Source of the DNA: Alphaproteobacteria bacterium
Lineage (GTDB): Bacteria > Pseudomonadota > Alphaproteobacteria > JBFXJJ01
Direction of reading: 5' to 3'
DNA length: 64,000 nucleotides
Assembly (NCBI GenBank): GCA_050175015.1
Contig: JBFXJJ010000006.1
Span: 1 to 64,000, forward strand
Part shown: positions 51,275 through 61,740 of the stretch, piece by piece
Layout of the letters: every line of letters begins with the position of its first letter
Position numbering within the stretch: the first letter of the stretch is position 1
The notes under the pieces: generated by a model
Database searches by the model: none
Seen by the model: only the letters and a program-made list of their open reading frames with translations
What the model was told of the DNA's origin: nothing
Made by a program: the position numbers and the translations under genes

Positions 51275-53075
51275 TAGTCAAACAGCCATCACAACCTGCT
51301 CAGAATTACAGGCGATAAACAACAACTTATCAGGTAGTTACTATCTTGCCAACGATATTGATTGCAGTGCGACATCAAGCTGGAACAGCGGTGCTGGTTT
51401 CGTACCTATCGGAAATGCATCGACCCCATTTGCAGGAACTTTTGATGGTAAGAGTTTAACCATAAAAGGACTATACATAAGCAGAGCGGGAATAAACCAA
51501 ATTGGCTTATTTGGGGAAACTAATAGTGCTACAATAAAAGATGTTACGTTGGATAGTATCAACATCACAGGGGGAAGCCGAACCGGCGGTTTAGTTGGAA
51601 GGACTGGAGGTACAACCTCCATAAAAAACTGTGGCACAAAAGGTTATGTTTATGGGCGTGCCGATTACTGCTGTATCGGAGGACTTGTTGGAGGTGCTTA
51701 CGGCAATTTTACTATTGCTAATAGTTATTCTCACGCAGCTGTCAACACTAATGTTTCTTGGTCTGGTGGGCTGGTTGGAGATCACTATACAGGAAAGATA
51801 ATTAATAGCTATGCCACGGGTTCTGTCGTTGGTTGTTCCGCAAGATGCGGGGGACTATCTGGACAACTTGTGAATAGTGGCTCAATAATAAATAGTTTTT
51901 CAACAGGTTCGCTATCAGGCTGTTCATCTTATTGTGGCGGTTTGTTTGGAATATATTATTCTGGGACATCTTCTGGCAATTATTGGGATTATCAAACATC
52001 AGGAATGGCCACCAGTGCAGGAGGAACAGGCAAAACTACAGCCCAAATGCAAACACAAAGCACTTTTGCAGGCTGGGATTTTGAAAATGATTGGTGTATG
52101 CCGGAAGGTGATTATCCACGGTTAAAATTTGAAGATGCTTGTTCCTTGCCAACTTGTACAGGTTGTGCGGTTTTAAGCGGCAGAGAATGTGTTGCTGGCG
52201 ACAGTTGTTCAGGCGAACACCCAAATTGTGTTGTAACTGATAATGATGGCATTTGTGAATGTTCAGCATCTAGCTGTAATGCGGGACGCAGCTGCTCTAC
52301 TGCGGGAATATGCTCTGACTGTGATAATTCTGAGGGGTGTGGCTCTTGTACTTGTGGAACCTCACAAAAGCCGACAGGAACAGGCGCCTGTATAAATGAC
52401 AGCTCGTGCTGTGTTGGTGAATGCAATATGGCAACTGGTGCTAATTTTTGCAGTTACAGTGATGACTTATGCTCCTCAGGAATAGCGTGCAACCGTTCAA
52501 CATTATCTTGCTGTGCTTCCTCCCTTCCTTATTGGCGAAGCAGCGACTGCAAACCTTGTGCCGCCACTAGTGGTTTGTCTGGAACGTGCCAAACTAAGGG
52601 CATGATGTGCAACTCGAATTATGATTGCGTAAGCTGTTTGGCTAATATGCAATGCACCTGTGATGATGGCTTTGTTTCTGATGGTGCTGGCGGCTGTATC
52701 GAGCCTTTATGCTACACCGACAGTGAATGCGGAACCGATAAATGTATCAATGCTGGAGACTACGACGCTTTCTGCTCAAACTGCAGTTCTATCAATAAGG
52801 TCTGGGTTTCAGGATCTTGCGAAAGCTGTCCAAGTGGTTCGACGTATCATAATGGTATTTGTTTATGCTCTGATGGCAAAATGTGGAATTCTGCAAGCAA
52901 TACCTGCTCTAAAAAAAGCGTAATTTCAAGCCACGGGGTTATTGATACCAAGAGTAAGGCAACCGCCATAACACCAGAGAGCCGCTATGACCGCATTAAG
53001 CGCAAAATGAATCGCATCACGAACAGCGCCTATGCAGGAGTAGCTGATAAAGAAGAATTGGAAGAATTAGAATAA
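51258..53075 (+). CDS. GLUG-motif plus cysteine-rich surface protein 2; leaderless body
   Basis: Frame is open 97 codons upstream of the tracked TTG: YPCYGYSQTAITTCSELQAINNNLSGSYYLANDIDCSATSSWNSGAG...; in-frame TGA at 51252; GGLVG repeats followed by a Cys-rich region. Confidence 0.9.
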   Translation, partial: YPCYGYSQTAITTCSELQAINNNLSGSYYLANDIDCSATSSWNSGAGFVPIGNASTPFAGTFDGKSLTIKGLYISRAGINQIGLFGETNSATIKDVTLDSINITGGSRTGGLVGRTGGTTSIKNCGTKGYVYGRADYCCIGGLVGGAYGNFTIANSYSHAAVNTNVSWSGGLVGDHYTGKIINSYATGSVVGCSARCGGLSGQLVNSGSIINSFSTGSLSGCSSYCGGLFGIYYSGTSSGNYWDYQTSGMATSAGGTGKTTAQMQTQSTFAGWDFENDWCMPEGDYPRLKFEDACSLPTCTGCAVLSGRECVAGDSCSGEHPNCVVTDNDGICECSASSCNAGRSCSTAGICSDCDNSEGCGSCTCGTSQKPTGTGACINDSSCCVGECNMATGANFCSYSDDLCSSGIACNRSTLSCCASSLPYWRSSDCKPCAATSGLSGTCQTKGMMCNSNYDCVSCLANMQCTCDDGFVSDGAGGCIEPLCYTDSECGTDKCINAGDYDAFCSNCSSINKVWVSGSCESCPSGSTYHNGICLCSDGKMWNSASNTCSKKSVISSHGVIDTKSKATAITPESRYDRIKRKMNRITNSAYAGVADKEELEELE

Positions 53076-53137
53076 TTAATTTTAGAGAAAGGAGGTTTTT
53101 AATAATCTGAAACTTTGCAAGAACAAACCCTGATAAT

Positions 53138-53186
53138 AAACGAGGAAATCTTAAAATATAATTTTAAAAATTTCCTCGTTTTTTTT
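53138..53186. terminator. Intrinsic terminator between GLUG gene 2 and trkH
   Basis: AAACGAGGAAAT...ATTTCCTCGTTTTTTTT. Confidence 0.8.
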
Positions 53187-53256
53187 ATGCTGAAATATCT
53201 GAAAAACTGATTTTGTAAAATATTTTTTTCCAATTATGCAAAATCTAATTGAGAAA

Positions 53257-54732
53257 CTAATCTCTCCAATAAGCAGGCATAAATAAAACCAGCAACGTAA
53301 AAATTTCTAGACGTCCCGCCATCATAGCCAATGAAAGCCACCATTTTGCAGCATCAGGCAAAGGGAGATAATTTCCTGCTGGTCCAACAATATCACCTAA
53401 ACCAGGTCCAACGTTTCCTAAAGATGATGCCACCGAAGTCAAACTTGTAACCAAATCAACCCCAGTTAATGCAACCAAAATGCTCAAAACGCCCCAGCTT
53501 ATAATAAAAACAGCAAAAAACATTGCAACCGAAAGCACTAAATCGGTTGTATAGGTTTCTCTGCCATATTTCATTTTTACAACCCTGTGAGGCAAAAACA
53601 ACTGAACAATACTTTCTTTTAAGTAACGAAGCAAAATCTGCCATCTAAAAATCTTAATTGAACCCGCAGTAGACCCCGTACAACCACCGATAAAAGGAAA
53701 AAACATAAACATTGCAACGGATAAGAAGCCCCATTTACTATAATCCTGAGAAGCAAACCCAGTTCCGTTAAACAACGAAGAAACATTAAACGATGCGTGC
53801 CTTAAAGACTGAATAAAGCTGTATTTTCCCTCATAAAAGACTGCAAAAGTAACAATTAAAATGCAAACCGCAAGCGAGCCTAAATAAGCCAAGACTTGAG
53901 TATCTTGTGCCGAATGAACATTTCCTCTTTTAAACAATCTTACATAATAAGTTAGAGGAAGCCCCGCAGAAATCACGAAAATCATAATAATGAATTCATA
54001 AAGAGGATTGTTATAATAACCAACTGATGCATCTTTAGTTGAAAATCCACCTGTTGAAAGCGCTGACATTGCGTGATTTATGGCATCAAACCAAGACATT
54101 CCAGCTAAACGAAGCAGTATGGTACAAAGAATTTGCAAAATAAAATAAACTAAAATAATAGCCTTTGCCATAGCGCCCATTTTGGCTGATATTTTTCCAA
54201 AATTTTCAGATGATTCCATTTGGAAAATCTGCATACCACCAACACGGAAATAAGGGAAAACCGAAAATGCCACCACAACAATCCCTACCCCGCCGATACA
54301 ATGTAGAATAGACCGCCAAAGCAAAATACCTTTCGACATATCATCAAGCCCAGTGATAACCGTTGAACCTGTGGTAGAAAGACCTGAAATAGATTCAAAA
54401 AAGGCATTAACATAAGAATTGGGAAACAAGAAAATATAAAAAGGCAGAGAAGCTGTTACCGTAAGCATCACCCATACCAAAACTGTGAATAAGAATGCTT
54501 GTTTGACTGATATTGTTTTTATTTCTGTCCTTGTCGAAAAAAACATTGCAAGTCCCAAAAAGAAACAAACTCCAGCAGACTCTAAAAATACGACCCAAGA
54601 CTTCCCGTCATATAAAAAATCAACTAAAGCTGGAATTAACATTATAGCTGCGAACAAAGCAACCGTAAGTCCGCAAACCATAAAAACTGGTCTAAAATCT
54701 GTTTTTGATGATCTGTTCAAATTTTTCTCCAA
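53257..54732 (-). CDS. trkH: TrkH potassium uptake membrane protein
   Basis: FESISGLSTTG, STGGFS, GGCTGST, GNVGPG, GRLE. Confidence 0.94.
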   Translation of the reverse strand: MEKNLNRSSKTDFRPVFMVCGLTVALFAAIMLIPALVDFLYDGKSWVVFLESAGVCFFLGLAMFFSTRTEIKTISVKQAFLFTVLVWVMLTVTASLPFYIFLFPNSYVNAFFESISGLSTTGSTVITGLDDMSKGILLWRSILHCIGGVGIVVVAFSVFPYFRVGGMQIFQMESSENFGKISAKMGAMAKAIILVYFILQILCTILLRLAGMSWFDAINHAMSALSTGGFSTKDASVGYYNNPLYEFIIMIFVISAGLPLTYYVRLFKRGNVHSAQDTQVLAYLGSLAVCILIVTFAVFYEGKYSFIQSLRHASFNVSSLFNGTGFASQDYSKWGFLSVAMFMFFPFIGGCTGSTAGSIKIFRWQILLRYLKESIVQLFLPHRVVKMKYGRETYTTDLVLSVAMFFAVFIISWGVLSILVALTGVDLVTSLTSVASSLGNVGPGLGDIVGPAGNYLPLPDAAKWWLSLAMMAGRLEIFTLLVLFMPAYWRD

Positions 54733-54850
54733 AAAAGCTCTATTTTTTGTTACAATTAGTTTGCAAAAAGTCTTTATTTTATTTGATAGATTGTAAAATC
54801 CACACTATATATTAAATACTAGATTAGCAATTATTTTTGGTGGTTTAAAA

Positions 54851-55204
54851 ATGAATTTTTATAACAACGTTTTAATGGGAACCATTAAAAACAGCAAGAC
54901 AAGCGAAGAAACCCAGTCTGAGGTAAAAGTAAAACCTAAGGCTAAGACCAAAAAACCTTCTATGTATAAAGTCTTGCTTCTCAATGATGATTATACACCT
55001 ATGGAGTTTGTTGTTTTTATTCTCGAAACCTTGTTTTCAAAAAACCACGAAGAAGCTACAGAGATTATGCTAAATGTTCATAAAAATGGCGTTGGATTGT
55101 GTGGAATTTACACCTATGAAATAGCAGAAACTAAGGCTTCCCAAGTTGTAAACTTGGCAAGACGTAACCAACACCCATTACAATGTCATATTGAAAAGGC
55201 TTAG
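54851..55204 (+). CDS. clpS: ATP-dependent Clp protease adaptor ClpS
   Basis: [12 protein letters not shown]. Confidence 0.96.
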   Translation: MNFYNNVLMGTIKNSKTSEETQSEVKVKPKAKTKKPSMYKVLLLNDDYTPMEFVVFILETLFSKNHEEATEIMLNVHKNGVGLCGIYTYEIAETKASQVVNLARRNQHPLQCHIEKA

Positions 55205-55210
55205 AAAATT

Positions 55211-57553
55211 ATGCTTTCCAAAAATTTAGAACAAACCCTACATTACGCTTTAGCACTGGCTGAAGAGGAAAAGCACGAATTTGCAACTCTTGAGCATTTA
55301 TTATTAGCGCTAACAGATGACAGCGATGCCATTGAGGTTATGCAAGCCGCAGGAGTTGATATTAATAAGCTGCAAAATGACTTAATTAATTTTATTGAAA
55401 ATGAACTTGCGTCAAATATTATGCCTTCTGCAGCAGAACCTAAACCAACAGCTGCTTTTCAACGAGTAGTTCAAAGAGCCGCCGTTCAAGTGCAGTCTTC
55501 TGAACGTCAAGAAGTTGATGCTACCCATATCTTGGCGGCAATTTATTCTGAAAAAGAATCTTATGCCGTATACCTCCTGCTTGAACAAGGAATGACTAAA
55601 CTTGATGTTTTAAATTACAGTTCCCACGGTATTGCGAAAATTCCAGGAAAATCAAAAGAAAAAACGGTTAAAGGTGTTGAAGAAACAGAAAGTGATTCCG
55701 AAAACGATAAACCTAAAGACGCTTTAAACAACTTCTGCGTCAACCTTAATCAAAAAGCTAAAGAAGGCGGCATTGACCCCTTAATCGGACGAGAAGAAGA
55801 AATTGAGAGAACCATTCAAATTCTATGCCGCCGAACTAAAAACAATCCTTTGTTTATTGGTGATTCCGGAGTAGGAAAAACTGCTATTGCTGAAGGTCTT
55901 GCGTTAAAAATAATCAAAAAACAAGTTCCTGCTGTTTTAGAAGACGCCACAATTTATGCCCTTGATATGGGATCGTTAATTGCGGGAACAAGATATCGCG
56001 GCGATTTTGAAGAACGCATCAAAGCTGTAATTCATGAATTGGAACAAATTAAAGATTCTATTCTATTTATTGATGAAATTCATACTGTAGTTGGAGCAGG
56101 TTCAACCTCTAGCGGTTCAATGGACGCATCTAATCTTTTAAAACCGGCTTTATCCTCTGGAAATATCCGCTGCATAGGATCTTCAACCTATAAAGAGTTC
56201 CGCACTCATTTTGAGAAAGATAGAGCGCTGCTGCGCCGCTTCCAAAAAATAGATATTAAAGAGCCTTCAGTTGAAGACTCTATCAAAATATTAGACGGGA
56301 TAAAGCCATATTATGAAAATTTTCATAATATCCATTATACTAAAGAAGCTATTATTGCCGCGGTTGAGCTTTCGGCTCGCCATATAAACGATCGTAAATT
56401 ACCTGATAAGGCCATTGATGTTATTGATGAGGCTGGTGCTTCAACTAACCTTGTCCCTGTTAATAAACGCCCTAAAGTTATCAATGTTAAAAACATTGAG
56501 GAAATAGTAGCTAAAATGGCAAGAATACCTGCCAAAAAGGTTTCTAGCGATGATAAAAAAGCCTTAAAAGAACTTGATAAAGAGCTCAAAAGAGTTGTCT
56601 TTGGACAAGACAAAGCTATTGATGCTTTAGCAACAGCCATAAAACTTTCAAGAGCGGGTTTAAGAGAACCATTTAAGCCTATCGGCAATTATTTATTCTC
56701 TGGTCCAACAGGTGTTGGTAAAACCGAAGTAGCAAGACAGCTTGCCCTGATTATGGGAATTGAACTTAAACGCTTTGATATGTCTGAATATATGGAAAAG
56801 CATTCTGTTTCAAGATTAATTGGAACGCCTCCTGGATATGTCGGGTTTGACCAAGGGGGTCTTTTGACAGATGCTATAGATCAACATCCCCACTGCGTTC
56901 TTCTGCTTGATGAAATTGAGAAAGCTCACCCAGATTTGTTTAATATTCTGCTTCAAGTTATGGACCACGGCAAACTTACAGATAACAACGGAAAAAGCGT
57001 TGATTTTTCTAATGTAATTTTAATTATGACTACTAATGCTGGCGCTGCTGATATTGCTAAACCTCCTATGGGATTTGAAAGAAGCAATCGTGAAGGTGAA
57101 GAAAAAGAAGCTATTGAAAAAATGTTTTCGCCTGAATTTAGAAACCGTCTTGACGCTATGATTCAATTCGCTTCCCTGCCACCAAGCATTGTCCATTTAA
57201 TTGTTGATAAATTTATTTTGGAATTATCGGAGCAATTAAAAACAAAGCAAGTTATTGTAACGGCTAGTAAAGAGGCTAAAGATTGGCTGGCAACGAAGGG
57301 ATATGATGAAAAAAATGGTGCAAGGCCTCTTGCCAGAGTTATCCAAGAATACATTAAAAAGCCACTTGCAGAAGAATTATTATTTGGTAAATTAGAGAAA
57401 GGCGGAAATGTTGTTATTAATGAGAAAAACAACAAGCTCGAAATTTTTTGTGAACCTTTATCTTTTTCTAAAAAGAAGAAAAAAGCTAAAGCAAAAAGCA
57501 AATTGAAGACCAGTCTTAAATTAAAAAAAGACAAAGAAAAAATAAACGCTTAA
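55211..57553 (+). CDS. clpA: ATP-dependent Clp protease ATP-binding subunit ClpA
   Basis: Two AAA+ modules; directly after clpS. Confidence 0.96.
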   Translation: MLSKNLEQTLHYALALAEEEKHEFATLEHLLLALTDDSDAIEVMQAAGVDINKLQNDLINFIENELASNIMPSAAEPKPTAAFQRVVQRAAVQVQSSERQEVDATHILAAIYSEKESYAVYLLLEQGMTKLDVLNYSSHGIAKIPGKSKEKTVKGVEETESDSENDKPKDALNNFCVNLNQKAKEGGIDPLIGREEEIERTIQILCRRTKNNPLFIGDSGVGKTAIAEGLALKIIKKQVPAVLEDATIYALDMGSLIAGTRYRGDFEERIKAVIHELEQIKDSILFIDEIHTVVGAGSTSSGSMDASNLLKPALSSGNIRCIGSSTYKEFRTHFEKDRALLRRFQKIDIKEPSVEDSIKILDGIKPYYENFHNIHYTKEAIIAAVELSARHINDRKLPDKAIDVIDEAGASTNLVPVNKRPKVINVKNIEEIVAKMARIPAKKVSSDDKKALKELDKELKRVVFGQDKAIDALATAIKLSRAGLREPFKPIGNYLFSGPTGVGKTEVARQLALIMGIELKRFDMSEYMEKHSVSRLIGTPPGYVGFDQGGLLTDAIDQHPHCVLLLDEIEKAHPDLFNILLQVMDHGKLTDNNGKSVDFSNVILIMTTNAGAADIAKPPMGFERSNREGEEKEAIEKMFSPEFRNRLDAMIQFASLPPSIVHLIVDKFILELSEQLKTKQVIVTASKEAKDWLATKGYDEKNGARPLARVIQEYIKKPLAEELLFGKLEKGGNVVINEKNNKLEIFCEPLSFSKKKKKAKAKSKLKTSLKLKKDKEKINA

Positions 57554-57561
57554 GTAGTTTT

Positions 57562-58548
57562 ATGCTTCTAATGACCCAATTTTTGCAAAACCTAAATCAT
57601 TTATACGTAAAAAAAATATACAGCCGCCTGATGTATACGCTGTTGTTTGCTTTTGCGCTACTTTTTGCAACAATAAAACCATCTTTTGCCAGCATTCCTA
57701 TGGCATCAATAGCCGTTGATGCTGACAGCGGACTTGTTATAAAAGCTGATAATGCTGATGTTCAAACTTACCCAGCTTCTCTTACTAAGGTTATGACCCT
57801 TTATATGGTTTTTGAAGCCCTTGAAAAAGGCTGGATAACTGAAAACGATATGATGAAAGTTTCATATAACGCCTCATCAAAACCATCGGCCAAATTATGG
57901 CTCAAACCTAATTCTGAAATTTCGGTAGAAGACGGTATTAAAGCCATTATTACTCGTTCTGCTAATGATGTTGCCACTGTTTTTGCTGAACATTTAGGAA
58001 AAAGTGAAGAAAACTTTGCCAAAATGATGACCACGGTTGCCAAAGAGCTTGGCATGAGTTCAACAACTTTTAAAAATGCTTCAGGTCTTCACAACAGTGA
58101 ACAGAAAACAACAGCAAGAGATTTAGCCATCTTAGCTATGGCTATAATGAATCACTTTCCTCAATATTATTACCTATTTTCAACTAGAATGTTTGAGTTC
58201 AACAATCAAAAATGCTTCAACCATAATCGACTGCTTAGAACTTACAGCGGTGCCGACGGCATAAAAACTGGTTTTGTACAAGCATCTGGCTTTAACCTTA
58301 TAACATCGGCTCATCGAGGCGGTCATAGAATTGTTGCCGTTGTTTTAGGAAGAAACAGTGCTAAACAAAGAGATAAAGATATGACCAAGCTGCTTGATAA
58401 AAGCTTTATGTCGTTAATAATGTCACCTGATAACATCTATATTCCTCCAGAAAAACCTAATATTGAAATATTAAACGATATGGAAAATGACAGTATTTTT
58501 TCTCTCGTTAATAAAAAATACAATTTCAAAAAAATAACAGAAAATTAA
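57562..58548 (+). CDS. D-alanyl-D-alanine carboxypeptidase (S11)
   Basis: SLTK, SAN, KTG motifs. Confidence 0.92.
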   Translation: MLLMTQFLQNLNHLYVKKIYSRLMYTLLFAFALLFATIKPSFASIPMASIAVDADSGLVIKADNADVQTYPASLTKVMTLYMVFEALEKGWITENDMMKVSYNASSKPSAKLWLKPNSEISVEDGIKAIITRSANDVATVFAEHLGKSEENFAKMMTTVAKELGMSSTTFKNASGLHNSEQKTTARDLAILAMAIMNHFPQYYYLFSTRMFEFNNQKCFNHNRLLRTYSGADGIKTGFVQASGFNLITSAHRGGHRIVAVVLGRNSAKQRDKDMTKLLDKSFMSLIMSPDNIYIPPEKPNIEILNDMENDSIFSLVNKKYNFKKITEN

Positions 58549-58617
58549 CTTAATAGTTACTCTTTATTCCGTAAAATGGCAGATAATTTAGTAATTATCA
58601 AAAATGGTTTTTGAAAA

Positions 58618-59451
58618 ATGGATAAGAATAATGCTCATATTGTCGTTGTCGGCAACGAAAAAGGCGGCACAGGAAAATCAACAATTTCTATGCACCTTAT
58701 TGTCAGTCTCCTTCGCAGCGGCTTAAAAGTAGGTTCCATTGACCTTGACGGCAAGCAGAGAACGCTAACTCACTATATTCAAAACCGAGTATCTTTTGTT
58801 GAAAAATCTGGAGTTAATCTACCTATTCCAGAGCATATTGTCTTAAAACCATCAGAATATAATGATGAAATATCCTGTAAGAAAGATGAGCAGTTGCTTG
58901 AAGAGGAAATTAAAAACCTCGCCGAAACTTGTGATGTCATTATTATTGATGTTGCTGGCTCAGATAACCATTTATTCCGTGCAGGACATCGTTATGCCGA
59001 TACCTTAATAACTCCTATAAATGACAGTCTTTTAGACCTTGATGTTATTGCTAAAATAAACCCTGATACACTTGAAATGACATCGCCTAGCCATTATGCC
59101 GAAAAGGTATGGCAGGCCAAAAAAGAGCGCGTTGCCAAAGGCTTAAAAACGTTAAATTGGTTTGTAATTAGAAACAGACTGTTTCACGTTGAATCTAAAA
59201 ACAAGAAACAAATGGAAAAACTGTTAAAAAATCTTTCCAAAAGACTTGGCTTTTCTTGGATTGCAGGAATGGGAGAGAGAGTTATATTTAGAGAGCTCTT
59301 TTTAAAAGGCTTAACAATTTCCGACATTAGAGACAAAGGCATTAATATTAATTTATCAATCTCCAATGTTGCCGCCAGACAAGAAATAAGGAATATTACC
59401 GATACTATTTTTATGTGCATCAATGAGCAATTAAAAAAAAGTGCCTCTTAG
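58618..59451 (+). CDS. mipZ: Division-plane positioning ATPase MipZ
   Basis: GNEKGGTGKST, TPINDS, ERVIFRELF, ARQE. Confidence 0.92.
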   Translation: MDKNNAHIVVVGNEKGGTGKSTISMHLIVSLLRSGLKVGSIDLDGKQRTLTHYIQNRVSFVEKSGVNLPIPEHIVLKPSEYNDEISCKKDEQLLEEEIKNLAETCDVIIIDVAGSDNHLFRAGHRYADTLITPINDSLLDLDVIAKINPDTLEMTSPSHYAEKVWQAKKERVAKGLKTLNWFVIRNRLFHVESKNKKQMEKLLKNLSKRLGFSWIAGMGERVIFRELFLKGLTISDIRDKGININLSISNVAARQEIRNITDTIFMCINEQLKKSAS

Positions 59452-59488
59452 AGCATCTGGTGTTTAAATGTATTCATTCTGACGAAAT

Positions 59489-59521
59489 AAAAAAACCTCT
59501 CTTTTTCTAGAGAGGTTTTTT
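59489..59521. terminator. Bidirectional intrinsic terminator
   Basis: AAAAAAACCTCTC...GAGAGGTTTTTT. Confidence 0.8.
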
Positions 59522-59543
59522 CATTAATTCTTAGGAATTATAA

Positions 59544-61580
59544 TTATGACAAATCTTCATCTGAACCGATATTAATTCCAAATTTAGGCAGAATCTTTTT
59601 ATGAATAATAATTATTAACCAAGCCGTTAATCCTGCGGCTCCAAAAACCTTTACCGTTCCCATAAGACTGTTCAATGTTTCTGGGGAGAATATCATAAAT
59701 ATCGCAAGGAATGCCATAACTAAACCACCGATCAATTTTAAAACACGTCCGTGTTTTTCCTCAAAGCGGTTAGTCTTCAATGTGATAACAGCACTTATAA
59801 TAAGCACAAGCTCATCAAGGAGATAAATAAAAATGTATATTACAAATAAACACGCAAAATACATACCATGAACATTATTCCTAGCTAAAAGATTAGCCCA
59901 AATTACAGGAAAACCAGCTGTACAAGGCAATTCGACTAAAACTACCCCCAAAGCAAGAAGAGATGTCGCTGTAATCATAGCAAATGTCGACTTATCCGGT
60001 TTTATAATATTTCTCATATCTTTAAATATCCCAGGCTTATGCTTATCTGAGATTGTAAAAGAAAGTCCCTTTTTAAACCAAAAATAATCCTTAATGTTAA
60101 CAACTGCAAACAACAACGCTAACATAGCTATCGAGATTTGAATCCATTCAATATATCCTACATAGGCAAAGACATTAAGAATGCCAAGCATAAAAGCTCC
60201 GTAAGCCGCAGCGGTTACTGAAAGGAATGTCAAAGATACCATTAAAACTTTTTTACGAGATCTCGTATGAATAACCATACCTAGAAGAAACATTATAAGC
60301 CACGTCGAACATGGATTAAAACCATCAACAAAAGCTATAATCGAAGTAGTAATAATTATAGGAGAATCTGCTAAATTAACTTCACCGAAAAATGGTAATG
60401 TAATCGAACGATCCTCATCTGGCGTAATTTCTTTTGCTCTCGGAATAATTGGCGTTGAACCCAAAACATTCTCGGCTGGACAATGACAATCTTTTTTCAA
60501 ACAAACATCAACTGTTTTTTCCAAATTATCTTTTATTGAACGTTCACCTACAAAATATTTAGAACCAACAAAAACAACAGGATAGGAAACTTGTGTTAAA
60601 CCATATTTTTCCTTGAATAAATCAAATAAGGCATTTTCATTTTCTTCATAAACATTGTGACGATAAATCTCAACATATTTATTAGTTTCAAGATTAGATA
60701 AGAAATCTTGAATACGAATACAATGAGGGCAGTCAGGTCTATAGAAAAGATGGATACAAAGCTTTCTATCATCAATTAGCCCTGCTTTAACTGCGGGGTT
60801 AACGCAAGTATCACCAAGGCACTCTTGAACTCTTGAGGTGATTTCGCCTTTCATATCTTCAGTAAAACCAAAAATTGGAGACTTATCACCAATAAAAAAA
60901 GCAGGAACACCTAAAGGTTTAACATTGTATGCACTAGATATATCTTGAAAAATTTTGGCGCCTTCTTGGTTCTTCCAAGTTTCATAAGAATGGATCTCAA
61001 ACGATGGATATTGCTTTTTAAGTTCTTCCAAAAAGGGCTTAGCCTCTGCACAATGAGGACAGCCATCACCCCAGAAAAAATACATTATAGCCTTGTGCAA
61101 ACCACCATATAAATTATCTTCGAAAACCCCCTCTGCTTCTGCAACAGATGTTTCAACAACTTTTGTCTTTTCTTGTGCAGTGTATAATCTATCTAAAGGA
61201 TTAGGACAGCCTTCATTTAAGCATTTTTCAATTTTTTCAAAAAACTTAGGTTGCATCAACTGAGTATAGCCAAAGATAGGCCTCTCATCTCCAATAAAAA
61301 AGGCTGGAACACCAGAAGGCTTAACTCCATACTTAGCCGCTAAATTTTGAAACAATTTAGCATTATCACTATTTTCCCAAGTTTCATAAGCATGAACTTT
61401 AAGCTCAGGATACCTTGCTTCCAGATCTCCTAAAAAAGGTTTAGCTTCAGCGCAATGCGGGCAACCGTCACCCCAAAAAAACAGTAAATCTACTTGCTTG
61501 TTTGTTTCTTCTGCTTTCAAGCTTGATGTAGAAAAAACAAACGACATAAAAACAGTTAACAATATTGCGATTTTTTTCAT
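59544..61580 (-). CDS. Three CPHC redoxin domains fused to a DsbD/CcdA-like TM domain
   Basis: CPHC x3; TM cysteines in DGFNPC and ELPC; signal peptide. Confidence 0.8.
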   Translation of the reverse strand: MKKIAILLTVFMSFVFSTSSLKAEETNKQVDLLFFWGDGCPHCAEAKPFLGDLEARYPELKVHAYETWENSDNAKLFQNLAAKYGVKPSGVPAFFIGDERPIFGYTQLMQPKFFEKIEKCLNEGCPNPLDRLYTAQEKTKVVETSVAEAEGVFEDNLYGGLHKAIMYFFWGDGCPHCAEAKPFLEELKKQYPSFEIHSYETWKNQEGAKIFQDISSAYNVKPLGVPAFFIGDKSPIFGFTEDMKGEITSRVQECLGDTCVNPAVKAGLIDDRKLCIHLFYRPDCPHCIRIQDFLSNLETNKYVEIYRHNVYEENENALFDLFKEKYGLTQVSYPVVFVGSKYFVGERSIKDNLEKTVDVCLKKDCHCPAENVLGSTPIIPRAKEITPDEDRSITLPFFGEVNLADSPIIITTSIIAFVDGFNPCSTWLIMFLLGMVIHTRSRKKVLMVSLTFLSVTAAAYGAFMLGILNVFAYVGYIEWIQISIAMLALLFAVVNIKDYFWFKKGLSFTISDKHKPGIFKDMRNIIKPDKSTFAMITATSLLALGVVLVELPCTAGFPVIWANLLARNNVHGMYFACLFVIYIFIYLLDELVLIISAVITLKTNRFEEKHGRVLKLIGGLVMAFLAIFMIFSPETLNSLMGTVKVFGAAGLTAWLIIIIHKKILPKFGINIGSDEDLS

Positions 61581-61681
61581 CTTTTTCTCTCTAAAATTTT
61601 GTTTTAGATTTCGTCTTTATTTTAAACTAATTTTTTATAGCAAATATGAAAAATAAATAAAATAATTATTCTCTTTAAATA

Positions 61682-61713
61682 ATTACTGCGCAGTTTTAAG
61701 GCTGCGCAGTAAT
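61682..61713 (-). terminator. Stem-loop between the redoxin genes
   Basis: ATTACTGCGCAG...CTGCGCAGTAAT. Confidence 0.65.
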
Positions 61714-61740
61714 CGTATAAAAGCTATTTAAATTTAAATA

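Noticed and set aside
51549-51551. TTG as the true start of GLUG gene 2
   Set aside because: Lies mid-domain; 97 homologous codons precede it; gives no signal peptide
12829-59423. Many short ORFs overlapping housekeeping genes
   Set aside because: Antisense or alternate-frame shadows without motifs
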